A stretch of 64,000 bases of DNA, from assembly GCA_045863335.1 (NCBI GenBank), contig BTVY01000038.1:1-64000 (forward strand), in the 5' to 3' direction. Shown here piece after piece: positions 20,390 to 29,647 of the stretch. The notes under the pieces were generated by a model. That model did no database searches. It saw only the letters and a program-made list of their open reading frames with translations, and was not told the DNA's origin. The stretch is from Candidatus Hydrogenedentota bacterium. GTDB lineage: Bacteria; Hydrogenedentota; Hydrogenedentia; Hydrogenedentales; SLHB01. The translations under genes and the position numbers were made by a program. Within the stretch, counting starts at the first letter, position 1. The number at the start of each line of letters is the position of its first letter.

Positions 20390-21231
20390 GCATCCTCACT
20401 GTCCAAGGCTTGCGCGCCCGCGGCATACTCCATTTCAGACTCGTTGAGCACGTCGTCCATATCTGCGGCAGACAGGTTCAGGCGTTCATAGGCGCTGCGG
20501 CTAAGAGCCGGCATGGAAAGATCGCCGGCGTCGCCATATCCCATGCCCCGCGCCAAATAGTCGGCGACATGAATCGCCGCGGCCACGTCTTCGCCGGCCT
20601 TTGCCCGTTCCGGCTCATGATGGTGGATCAGAGGCTGCGCCAAGCGCGCGGGAAAGTGCCATTGGTCGCAAAGCCAGCCGCCCACACGGGCGTGGGAGAT
20701 TCCGAATACCTCGTTCTCGGCGAGTCCGATATAGGTATGGTTTTTCTTTGCCAGTTCGACCGCTTTCACGTAGTGCCCCGGCGCAACGTATGCCATGGCG
20801 ACCTTTCCCAGATCGTGCAGCAATCCTGCGACCATCGCCTCTTCCGGTTCGGGAAGATTCGCGGCCATGGCGAGACGCCGGCTGAGCACGGCGCATCCGA
20901 GGCTATGGTTCCACAAGGCCTTGCCGCCCTCGCCCAGTGTATCAAACACCGCTGTACCCAGGACGAGCCCCTTGATAACGTTGAAACCAAGAAGCACAAC
21001 CGCGTGCGTGATGGAAGATATTCGGCCGGGGAATCCGTAGATGGGAGAATTGACCAGTCGCAGGACCTTCGCCGACAGGACCTGGTCGGTCGAGATTAGT
21101 TTGGCCACGTCGGACGCGCCAGATTCCTTTCCCTCGGTCAACTGGGCGATCTTCGTGAGGATGCCGGGAAGCGTCGGAAGGTTTGCCATCGCCAAAACCC
21201 GTTTCTCTAACTGGTCCAACGTCAACTGCAA
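20386..21231 (-). CDS. HDOD domain signal transduction protein
   Basis: LPTLP, D…LSAKVLRLVNS, LWNHS, GLLHDLGK, W-H-FP and HHHEP motifs. Confidence 0.92.
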   Translation of the reverse strand: MQLTLDQLEKRVLAMANLPTLPGILTKIAQLTEGKESGASDVAKLISTDQVLSAKVLRLVNSPIYGFPGRISSITHAVVLLGFNVIKGLVLGTAVFDTLGEGGKALWNHSLGCAVLSRRLAMAANLPEPEEAMVAGLLHDLGKVAMAYVAPGHYVKAVELAKKNHTYIGLAENEVFGISHARVGGWLCDQWHFPARLAQPLIHHHEPERAKAGEDVAAAIHVADYLARGMGYGDAGDLSMPALSRSAYERLNLSAADMDDVLNESEMEYAAGAQALDSEDA

Positions 21232-21358
21232 CGGGAATTACCTCCGAATTAACTACGCGCCGTCGCTTTACCGCGATTCGAGCCGAGTTGACATGAATAT
21301 CGATATACAGTACAGCGTTCGACCACAGCCGTGTCGGTGACGAAATCGCTCCGGCGGA

Positions 21359-21664
21359 TCATGGGGAAGAGGGGGGGAGCATGGCACGAAGCCGATTCTC
21401 CATGGTTTGCTTCAGTTCGAGTGCCAACGGATCGTTGACCCCCGTGAATCGCGCGTCCAAGGCTTCGAGGCGCGCCTTTATGCGATCTGCATTGGCGCCG
21501 CTTCCCTCGATGGCAACGTTGTCCACTCCCGCCGACGCGAGCCGGTCGATGATCGCTTGCGTCAACTCCAGGCCCGGCGGGCACAACACGGCTCCGGACT
21601 GGTTCGTTACGGCGCGCGCAACGACCTGACCTGCCTCAAGTTGCCCCACTGGAACAAGATACAC
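21359..21664 (-). CDS. Small hypothetical protein (resembles N-terminal domain of HD-GYP/HDOD-associated proteins)
   Basis: LEAGQVVARAV…GAVL…GLELT…IDRL pattern; GGAG RBS before GTG. Confidence 0.7.
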   Translation of the reverse strand: MYLVPVGQLEAGQVVARAVTNQSGAVLCPPGLELTQAIIDRLASAGVDNVAIEGSGANADRIKARLEALDARFTGVNDPLALELKQTMENRLRAMLPPSSP

Positions 21665-22101
21665 GATAGCTCACTCCCTGCAAATCGCACGGATTGTACG
21701 CGGAAACAGTCCATTAGTCAAAAATGAAACTTCCCGAGTTTCATACGCTTGAACGTTTTTCAGTACGCCCCGTTTTCTTCCTTCGGTCTTATCGCGGTGG
21801 CTCTCGCTACCCTATCGCCAAGAGCGGGTTTATCTCTGCCTGGCCGCAAAAGAAACGGCCAACAAACGGGGCTGGCAGGCAGTATAAGCAGGTGGACCCC
21901 TCCGCCTAAACTCCAGCCATTGCCTATCGGTTAACCCTCGTTAACGGGTTTGCACCGACTTTGCTGTGAAGCTAAGATGATGACTCTCCGGCGCGTTCTC
22001 CCGGCCGCTTCCCGTGGATCGGCGCGTCTCCGCGCAGGTATGTTTTCCATGTCCTTGATTCTGCAGGTATGCGTCTATTCGGGGGCATGAAGGAGGTTGC
22101 A

Positions 22102-24123
22102 TTGAATCTACTCGGGATTGTCGCGGCCATCGGCGCCATTGTCACTGGCTCCTCCACCATTTCTGGGGTGGTGGTAAGCCCTGGGGGCCAGCCTGTTTCC
22201 GGCGCCAGCGTGTTTCTCGAACCCGGTCTTGCCGGCGCCTTGACGCACAGCCAAACGGATCAGCGCGGCGCGTTCGTTTTCGCCGACGTGCCGCCCGGCC
22301 TGATCGGGATCTTTGCCACGGCGGATGGCTATGGGTTCAGCGGATTGAGCCAGAAGATACCTGTTGGAGACAACGTTTCTGGCCTCTCCATCGCGTTGTA
22401 CCCGCCGGGCGAGATTGCGGGCAGAGTCGTGGACGCGAAGGGCGATCCGGTTTCGGGGGCGCGAGTTACCCGATTCGGCATTATGGGTTCGCCCCCAGTC
22501 GGCATTCCCCTGTCAAAACTTACGGAATTCGGCTTCGAGGAGCCAGTAACCGACAAAAGCGGTAGCTTTACCGTTTCGCGGCTACCCCAAGGCGCTACTC
22601 TGACCCTGAAAGTGGGCCATCCCGAATTTGCTCAGTCGGGCGTAGGGGATATCGCCGCAGGCGATCGCAACGTTCGCGTCCAGCTGAGTCCAGGTATCAC
22701 GGTGAGAGGCACCGTTCTGTCGCGCGACGGCAGCCAGCCTGTTGCCAACGCATCCATTATCATCGGGAATGCGTCGCCCCCTCACGATACGGCCATTGCG
22801 AGAACCGATCTCACAGGAGAGTTTGCTATCCGCCTCAATCCCGGGTACTACCTGTACCAGGCTGCAGGTATGGAACTGCGCAGCCCGGGTTGGGAGAAGC
22901 TGACGGTGTCGGGTCGCGAGCCGTCCCAGCGCGTAACCCTTCGTGTCGCAGGTACAACGACCTTGGCCGGCGAAGTGCGTGATGCGGTATCGGGAAATCC
23001 CATTAGCGGCGCTCGGCTCGAGCTTTCGGCTTTTGGCAGTCCCGCAGAATCGGTTGTCACGGGCCCTTCGGGTACGTATCAATTCACGGGAGTGGAGGGG
23101 GAGAACCAGATACGATTGCAGTCAGTTCCCGGCTATGTCCCGCCCGAAAAACCCTACCTGACCATTCAAGACGCCAAGCAAGGGGTAAGCGTCGCCATTC
23201 CAACGTTCTGGCTGAGGCCTCTTCCGTCGCATCGCGTCCAGGTATTGGATGACGCGGATCGGCCCACGCCGGGAGCCATCCTTCGCTTGATTCGGCCGCT
23301 TCAATACGCCGTGCATACGACCGATGCGGAAGGCTACGCGAAACTCGACATCGTGTCTGCGCCAGAAGACGGCACAATCGTCGGTTTGGCCGAACATCCC
23401 ACACGTCCGCTGGTGGCGCTGTTTACCATTTCCAACTCCGCTGCGGATACGGCGCGAGTGAAACTCTTCCCGGCTGGCACGGTGACCGGAGCCGTAGTGG
23501 ACCAGAAAGGGAAACCCATCGAAGGCGCGGTCATCGGCGGTCTGTACCAGGGCGAGGGCGACCAGGAGCCCGTACAGCTTTGGCGCACGATCTCCGGAAC
23601 GGACGGTGCGTTCCGATGGAGTGGAGTCGTCCCATACGTGCCTATGGCCTGTCTCGCGGCCACGGGCCCCGATGGGTTCGGCCGGTCAATGGCGTTTAAC
23701 GCGTCGCCCGGGAATACCGAGAATGTCGGTAATGTGGTGATCGCGGACGCCGAGCGTGCGCGAAAAAATCAAGGCCAGTCGATCGCGGACCGGCAACTGG
23801 ACCTTACTGAGTACCCGGTTCTTTCGGGAGCGTTACCCACTGGCGGGAGTCCAATTCTCATCCTGTACGCCACCGTTGGGGAAGCGCAGCTCTACCTTCA
23901 GGCTTTAACCAGCGTCAAAGCTACACTGGACAGTCTCAAAATTGATGCAGTTCTCGCCGTTGACGGGCCGGCCACGTTCCAAGGTGAGCGCGTTCCGGTC
24001 GTGCAAGGAAGTGCGCCGGGCGCGGCACAGACTTACCTCATAAACAGCAGCGGGCACGTTGTTCTGGAGACATGGGGTCTGCCACAGATTGCGGCCCTGT
24101 TAAGAACGGTCGACGGAGAGTAG
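22102..24123 (+). CDS. Secreted multi-carboxypeptidase-regulatory-like (Cna-B type beta-sandwich) protein
   Basis: Repeated G-x-V-x-D-x-x-G-x-P-V-x-GA-x-V modules; AGGAGG RBS before TTG 22102. Confidence 0.8.
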   Translation: MNLLGIVAAIGAIVTGSSTISGVVVSPGGQPVSGASVFLEPGLAGALTHSQTDQRGAFVFADVPPGLIGIFATADGYGFSGLSQKIPVGDNVSGLSIALYPPGEIAGRVVDAKGDPVSGARVTRFGIMGSPPVGIPLSKLTEFGFEEPVTDKSGSFTVSRLPQGATLTLKVGHPEFAQSGVGDIAAGDRNVRVQLSPGITVRGTVLSRDGSQPVANASIIIGNASPPHDTAIARTDLTGEFAIRLNPGYYLYQAAGMELRSPGWEKLTVSGREPSQRVTLRVAGTTTLAGEVRDAVSGNPISGARLELSAFGSPAESVVTGPSGTYQFTGVEGENQIRLQSVPGYVPPEKPYLTIQDAKQGVSVAIPTFWLRPLPSHRVQVLDDADRPTPGAILRLIRPLQYAVHTTDAEGYAKLDIVSAPEDGTIVGLAEHPTRPLVALFTISNSAADTARVKLFPAGTVTGAVVDQKGKPIEGAVIGGLYQGEGDQEPVQLWRTISGTDGAFRWSGVVPYVPMACLAATGPDGFGRSMAFNASPGNTENVGNVVIADAERARKNQGQSIADRQLDLTEYPVLSGALPTGGSPILILYATVGEAQLYLQALTSVKATLDSLKIDAVLAVDGPATFQGERVPVVQGSAPGAAQTYLINSSGHVVLETWGLPQIAALLRTVDGE

Positions 24124-24130
24124 ACCTGTA

Positions 24131-26038
24131 ATGCGTACTACCCGGGTCGCCCTATTCGTGTTCATGTGCTTCCTCGCTGTGCAGCCGGTTTCCGCCTACG
24201 ACATCTCCGTGTGGGTCGTCGACCTGAGCGGACAAGCGGTGCCGGATGCGCGCGTCTGGTTGGCCCAGGACAGAATCCCCAAGCATCTGACGACTGACGA
24301 AACGGGACGGTGTACCTTTACCGAGGTCGGTATCGGCCCTGTGCAGATCGTTGCGTGGAAGGACGGTCACGCGGTTGGCGGGCGGGACGCGCGCGTCGCC
24401 GGTTCTGCGGAGATTGCCATTGCCCTGGGCAGACCCGGCACTCTGGCCGTCCAACTCATCAGCCGCGGCCGTAATCCCAGCACGGGCGAGGAACTGAAAC
24501 CGGAACCGGTGGAAGGCGCCCGGGTGGAGGCGATGCTCGTAAACAACGCGTTTACCGTTGCGGTGGACGATCTCGTCGAACACGGGTTTCCGTCTGCGCG
24601 AAGCGATGCCGAAGGGCGCCTGGTACTCGATTATCTGCCGGACGGGGGCCATGTCGCATTTCGCGTGAGCCATCGCCTGTTTTGTGACAAGTACGTGAAT
24701 TATCCCGTCGGCCAGCGCGAGATTGTCGTGCAGATGTTCGAAGGCATCGTGCTTCGCGGGCGTGTTACCAACGAGCAGGGTGAAGGCGTCGAACATGCGC
24801 GCGTGTCTATCTTTCGTACCAACGACAACGACACAACCCTCCGCGAATTTGAAGAGGCCACGACGGGACCGGATGGCTTCTACCGGTCCATGCTTCCCCC
24901 CGGCGAATACCACGTTACCGCCAAGCATCCGTATTACGCGACCGCGGAGCCTGTCTCCGGTTCCCTTCGCCCTCAAGACTTCGATGCCACCTGCGACTTG
25001 ATCTTGCCGACGGCCTTCAACCTTACAGGTCGAGTGGTGGGGACGGACGGAAATCCGGTCGGCGGCGTTCGCATTCAATACGTGGTGAACGAGGTCGTGT
25101 ACGAAGAAACGCTAACCAATAATGCAGGCGATTTCACTCTCAACGTGGCGCCCGGCGATGGCCGCATCCACGTCGAAGCGCCCGAGGGATACATGACCGA
25201 CCGGGGAACCGATATCGACGTGCAGATGGGCCAGGCGGACGTCGCCATCGAGGAAGCGATTCGTCTTCAGGTGTTGCCCGAAATCTCGGGCGTGGTGAGG
25301 GACGAGCACGGCGAACCCGTGCCCATGGCCTTCATCTCAACCATGGGATACGATCCGCCCCAGTTTGCAATTACGAGCCACGAGGGCCGGTTCTGGATGC
25401 AGCTACCGGCGGTGCCGGAAAACGCAGTGGCCCTGCTGCGTTTCGAGCATCCGCGCCGCTACATGCGCGCGGATGTTATCGTGCCGCTTAAAGACGTGGA
25501 ACCGATCAAGGTGGGACTCATGCCGTTTGAGCCCGATCTTGCCCCTTGCGATCCCCAGTATGTTCAGAACAAGGCGCTGGACGCCCTGCGCGGAAAGGAT
25601 GCGCCGCCAATCGAAGGCGACCTTTGGTTTAACGTCCCGGTTGACACGGATGGGGAGCCGATTGCGCCGACCCTGCAGACACTGCGGGGCAAGGTCGTCG
25701 CGCTCGCGTTTTGGGGAGGATTCGATCGGAGTGGGGAAGGACTTGCGCACATTCGTGGCCTGCGCACGCTCTATCCCATCATCCAGGAAATGGAGGATGT
25801 CGCGCTCGTTGGGATTCACGACACCGGCACCGATGAAGTCGAGCTTCAGCAGTACGTTCGCGATCTGGAAATCCCGTATCCCGTTTGTCGCGACGAGGAT
25901 GCGAAAACGTACGACCGGTACGACATCACATCGGTTCCCCAGATCGTTCTAATCGACAAGAAAGGCGTCCTTCGATTCTACGATATCGACGGACGCCTGC
26001 TTGAGTTGATTAAGAGTCTACGGCGCGAAGCGCCGTAA
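24131..26038 (+). CDS. Secreted carboxypeptidase-regulatory-like repeat protein with C-terminal TlpA/redoxin-like domain lacking CXXC
   Basis: Signal peptide; beta-sandwich repeats; LRGKVVALAFW…IHD…VPQIVLIDKKGVLR. Confidence 0.8.
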   Translation: MRTTRVALFVFMCFLAVQPVSAYDISVWVVDLSGQAVPDARVWLAQDRIPKHLTTDETGRCTFTEVGIGPVQIVAWKDGHAVGGRDARVAGSAEIAIALGRPGTLAVQLISRGRNPSTGEELKPEPVEGARVEAMLVNNAFTVAVDDLVEHGFPSARSDAEGRLVLDYLPDGGHVAFRVSHRLFCDKYVNYPVGQREIVVQMFEGIVLRGRVTNEQGEGVEHARVSIFRTNDNDTTLREFEEATTGPDGFYRSMLPPGEYHVTAKHPYYATAEPVSGSLRPQDFDATCDLILPTAFNLTGRVVGTDGNPVGGVRIQYVVNEVVYEETLTNNAGDFTLNVAPGDGRIHVEAPEGYMTDRGTDIDVQMGQADVAIEEAIRLQVLPEISGVVRDEHGEPVPMAFISTMGYDPPQFAITSHEGRFWMQLPAVPENAVALLRFEHPRRYMRADVIVPLKDVEPIKVGLMPFEPDLAPCDPQYVQNKALDALRGKDAPPIEGDLWFNVPVDTDGEPIAPTLQTLRGKVVALAFWGGFDRSGEGLAHIRGLRTLYPIIQEMEDVALVGIHDTGTDEVELQQYVRDLEIPYPVCRDEDAKTYDRYDITSVPQIVLIDKKGVLRFYDIDGRLLELIKSLRREAP

Positions 26039-26043
26039 GATGG

Positions 26044-26310
26044 TTAGGCGGAAATTTGCGCGGCCCGGCGCTGCAATGTGGACTTCTTGCGCGCGGCGGC
26101 ATTCGCGTGAATGACGCCCTTGCTGGCCGCCTTGTCAATCTCCACCAAGGCCACGGGAAGCGTCTTCTTGATCTCCTCCGGGTTCTTGGCGTCGATGGCC
26201 GCGGCAGCAGCCTTGATGCACGTCTTCATCTTTGACTTTACAGCCATATTACGTTGGCGGTCCCGCTCGTTCGTGAGGTCGCGGGCTTTCGCCGTCTTGG
26301 TGTTCGGCAT
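26044..26310 (-). CDS. rpsT: 30S ribosomal protein S20
   Basis: MPNTKTAKAR…IDKAASKGVIHANAAARKKS. Confidence 0.95.
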   Translation of the reverse strand: MPNTKTAKARDLTNERDRQRNMAVKSKMKTCIKAAAAAIDAKNPEEIKKTLPVALVEIDKAASKGVIHANAAARKKSTLQRRAAQISA

Positions 26311-26480
26311 GCCTGAAAATCTCCACTAAATGGTAAAAACAGCCCTTAAACAGCACCGGACTCTACCAGAAACCCGGCTCCCCGTTCAAATTGGCCGTCC
26401 TGGAGTCTTGCGCGGATTGGGATCGGGTAGTAAGCTGAAACTAACGGCCGGGTTTCGGAGCCTGGCGGAAAGGGGACCGT

Positions 26481-27419
26481 ATGTTTACCAATAGCAGCAT
26501 TCTGGTGCCAACGGACTTCTCGCCCTATGCCCGGTTCGCCAATACCTATGCGTTGGCCATCGCCCGGAACTACGGCGGCACCGTTCATTTCGTGCACGTG
26601 CTCGACGCAAACGTCGTGTCCGGAGTCCGGGGACACGGCATGTGGCTCAACCCTTCCGACGCGCAAACCTTGCTGGATTCCATGCGGGAGCACGCTTCGA
26701 GCCGTCTCACCACCTTGGCAGAGGAGGCGGAAGGCCAAGGGGTCCGTTCGGAACAGCACATCGTCGTTGGCAACGCCCCGCAGGAGATTCTGCGACTTGC
26801 ATTGGACAAGCAGTGCACGCTGATCGTGATTGCCACGCACGGACGATCGGGGTTCGACCAAGTCGTTTTTGGCAGTGTCGCCGAGAGGGTCGTGCGCCAA
26901 TCGCCGGTGCCGGTGCTCGCGATCAAGCACCCCGAACACGACTTTGTCGAAGCGAGCGACCTGTCGCTCCGCATCCGGCACGTCCTGTTTCCCACGGACT
27001 TCTCCGACTTCTCCGAGAAAGGACTGCCTTTTGCCATTTCTTTCTGCCGCGAGTTTTCCGCAAAGCTGTCGTTGTTACACGCCACGGAGATTCCCATTGT
27101 GTTGCCCGAATTCATGCCGGATTCCGTCGTATCGGTCGGGCCGGAAATGGAGCAGGCGGCGCGCGGGACGCTGGAAGAGAAGAAGGCCGGAATCCCTGAT
27201 CTCGATGTGGACGCCGTCTCTGTGACTGGGGTGCCGCATACCGAGATATGCCGCTTCGCGGAGGAGCATGGGGTGGACCTGATCGTAATGCCTACGCACG
27301 GCCGTTCGGGGTTCGGGCACGTGTTATTTGGAAGCGTGGCGGAGAAGGTGGTGCGGCTGGCGCGGTGCCCCGTGTTGACCATCCGGCCGGACGGGGATGG
27401 GTCCGCTTTCGAGCGGTGA
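26481..27419 (+). CDS. Tandem-domain universal stress protein
   Basis: Two ILVPTDFS…HGRSG…FGSVAE(R/K)VVR USP domains. Confidence 0.93.
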   Translation: MFTNSSILVPTDFSPYARFANTYALAIARNYGGTVHFVHVLDANVVSGVRGHGMWLNPSDAQTLLDSMREHASSRLTTLAEEAEGQGVRSEQHIVVGNAPQEILRLALDKQCTLIVIATHGRSGFDQVVFGSVAERVVRQSPVPVLAIKHPEHDFVEASDLSLRIRHVLFPTDFSDFSEKGLPFAISFCREFSAKLSLLHATEIPIVLPEFMPDSVVSVGPEMEQAARGTLEEKKAGIPDLDVDAVSVTGVPHTEICRFAEEHGVDLIVMPTHGRSGFGHVLFGSVAEKVVRLARCPVLTIRPDGDGSAFER

Positions 27420-27513
27420 GCAGGACGGAATTCTCCAGCGCCGGGCGACCCCCAAAAAATGTTCGCCTGGCAGACATTCTTCCCCCGCTATCGAATCGCG
27501 CGGTATCCCGACC

Positions 27514-27783
27514 CTAGTTCAAGCGGTTCTGGGCGCGGTACGATTCGATAGCCTGTTCGATGTCTCCGGGGCGGAGTTTCCCTTTGGCGACCAAGCCCCC
27601 GTCCGTGTCATAAATGATGAAACGATTGCAGCCGTGCTCCACGGCGTCGCACATCACGCGGCCCGCCAGATCTTCCAGCAACTCCCGCCGCTGATCCTGA
27701 TCCGCCGCGTTCCACGACCGGCTCTCTTTCGGGGACAAGGTATACTGCCACGGCTCCGAACGAATAGGACGACGTTCGAACAT
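27514..27783 (-). CDS. Small hypothetical protein (89 aa)
   Basis: GGAGG RBS before ATG 27783; C-terminal part of the tracked 197-aa ORF, whose N-terminus runs through repeats. Confidence 0.55.
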   Translation of the reverse strand: MFERRPIRSEPWQYTLSPKESRSWNAADQDQRRELLEDLAGRVMCDAVEHGCNRFIIYDTDGGLVAKGKLRPGDIEQAIESYRAQNRLN

Positions 27784-27985
27784 TCGCGACCTCCCATCAG
27801 GTACTTCAATCGCGATTGCCGGGACAATTCCCGCAAGCGTTGCCGCCGTTGCACCTTCGACCCAGCCCGGCAGGGCAAGCGATCCGGCTGGCAAGGCACC
27901 TGCATTATAACATGCCCTTAGCAAAATCCAAGTTTGGCGCGGAGGGCGGGTACGGCGGTGGCCGATCAGTGGCAGGGTCATGCTT

Positions 27986-28064
27986 GTCTTATAGGTCCTA
28001 TTCGTCCTATAAGTCCTATTGCACACCCGAATAGGACCTATAGGACCCATATGACCGATAGGAC
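27986..28064. repeat. 9-nt-period inverted tandem array (4x GTCCTATnn / 4x nnATAGGAC)
   Basis: gtcttatag-gtcctattc-gtcctataa-gtcctatt, 9-nt spacer, then aataggac-ctataggac-ccatatgac-cgataggac. Confidence 0.8.
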
Positions 28065-28144
28065 TCTTCCCCAAGTTGATGGCAGGCGGGATAATCTCCA
28101 GGCTCATGGCGATGAATCGCTGCGGCTGGAAAAGGACGAACCCA

Positions 28145-29326
28145 ATGATGAGAGCCGCATCGTGTGCGGTCTCTGCGGCACTATGCTTGCTGATCTGCGG
28201 CTGTGTCTCGCTGAAGGATCACCAGACGGGGCGAGAATCTCTGGTGGCCGCCATCGAACAATGGGAGTCGCGCCGGCAATCGATCCCCGCTGACACCGAA
28301 TTGAGGAAATACGTCAAACTGCGCTCCGAAGTGCTGAGTGCGTTCTGGGGGCGGGATATGTTTCTCGAAGCGGCGGTCATCGTGCCACCCGGTCACGATC
28401 CGGGCGAGCGCCTGCCGGTCTGCTATTTCATTCACGGGTTCACCAATTGGGAGCTCTGGGCCTTTCATCTGAGCGATGCGTTGATCGAGAGCCTCAACGA
28501 CCAGAGCGAAGACTATCCCCGCATGATCTACGTCTTTCCGAACGCACAATTTGGGTTGGGACATCACGTTTTCGCGGATTCCGCGACCAATGGTCCCTGG
28601 GGAACAGCGTTCGTTAAGGAACTCGCGCCGGCCATCGAGACACAGTTTGGCGGAGCGGGGGAGACGGATGGCCGGTTTCTCGCGGGCCATTCATCAGGCG
28701 CATGGAGCGCGCTTTGGCTGCAGATCATGTATCCCGGCTCTTTTGGCGGCGCTTGGGCTATGGCGCCGGATCCCGTCGATTTTCGATCGTTCACCGGCGT
28801 TAACCTCTATGAGGATGAGAATGCCTTCGTCGACGAGGAAGGCAACGAACGGATGCTGGTCCGCAATCGAGACGAGTGGGTGCAGTCGTTTCGCGAGATC
28901 ACGAAGACCGAAGCGCGGAAAGGTTTCTTCGCTGGCCAGTTTGCCAGTTTCGACAATGTGTTCAGCCCGATTGGGCCTGATGGATTGCCGCGACGCCTCT
29001 ATGATTGGGAAACCGGCGTGATTGACCGCGAGGTCGCCGAAGCGTGGAAAGCGTACGACATTTCACTGATATTGCGATCGCACTGGGAGGAACTGGCGCC
29101 TAAGTTATCCGGTAAGCTGCACATCTACGCGGGTACGCTCGACAATTTCCGGCTCAATGAAGCCGTGGAGCTGTTGGGCTCGGAACTCGAAGAATTGAAC
29201 GCCGAAGCGGAAGTCGTCATCGTCCCCTACGCCAGCCACAGTATCTTCCGGCCCCATCCCGATCACTGGCCCGAGGGCCTCGTCGAGAATATACACCGCG
29301 ACATGGCGCATCATGAGGTGCTGTGA
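28145..29326 (+). CDS. Putative esterase lipoprotein (enterochelin esterase-like alpha/beta hydrolase)
   Basis: Lipobox-like LLICGC; DSATNGPWG, GHSSGAWSALWLQ and APDPVDF. Confidence 0.8.
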   Translation: MMRAASCAVSAALCLLICGCVSLKDHQTGRESLVAAIEQWESRRQSIPADTELRKYVKLRSEVLSAFWGRDMFLEAAVIVPPGHDPGERLPVCYFIHGFTNWELWAFHLSDALIESLNDQSEDYPRMIYVFPNAQFGLGHHVFADSATNGPWGTAFVKELAPAIETQFGGAGETDGRFLAGHSSGAWSALWLQIMYPGSFGGAWAMAPDPVDFRSFTGVNLYEDENAFVDEEGNERMLVRNRDEWVQSFREITKTEARKGFFAGQFASFDNVFSPIGPDGLPRRLYDWETGVIDREVAEAWKAYDISLILRSHWEELAPKLSGKLHIYAGTLDNFRLNEAVELLGSELEELNAEAEVVIVPYASHSIFRPHPDHWPEGLVENIHRDMAHHEVL

Positions 29327-29410
29327 GGTGCTGTGAGGTGCCATGGGCTTCCAGCCCATGATCCCGCCCATGGGCATCTTGCCCATGGGACTCTTCATGG
29401 GGATCATGCC
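29314..29410 (+). repeat. 10-bp direct repeat followed by REP-like hairpins
   Basis: tgaggtgctg x2.8 spanning the esterase stop, then catgggcttccagcccatg and cccatgggcatcttgcccatggg. Confidence 0.7.
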
Positions 29411-29460
29411 TAGTGTTTCGCCAGTACGAGCGTAGTGCGCAGTCAAAGTAGCTTGAGAAT

Positions 29461-29647
29461 CTTGGGCAAGGATGCCCAAGGCACCTCGAAGACTTGGGCA
29501 GGGATGCCCAAGACACCTCGAAGACTTGGGCAGGGATGCCCAAGGCACCTCGAAGACTTGGGCAGGGGTGCCCAAGGCACCTCGAAGACTTGGGCAGGAT
29601 GCCCAAGACACCTCAAAGACTTGGGCAGGATGCCCAAGACACCTCAG
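29461..29647. repeat. Tandem array of six 31-32 bp hairpin (REP-like) units
   Basis: Unit cttgggca-ggga-tgcccaag-(g/a)cacctcgaaga starting at 29461, 29493, 29525, 29557, 29589 and 29620. Confidence 0.92.

Noticed and set aside
21288-21316. TTGACA plus an AT-rich palindrome (atatcgatat) as an antisense promoter or SOS box
   Set aside because: The -10 match is poor (TACAGC) and the sequence does not fit CTGT-N8-ACAG; it may be a regulator site but cannot be supported.
29461-29647. Possible CRISPR array
   Set aside because: The inter-hairpin segments are about 12 nt and nearly identical, so there are no unique spacers; no cas genes in the window.
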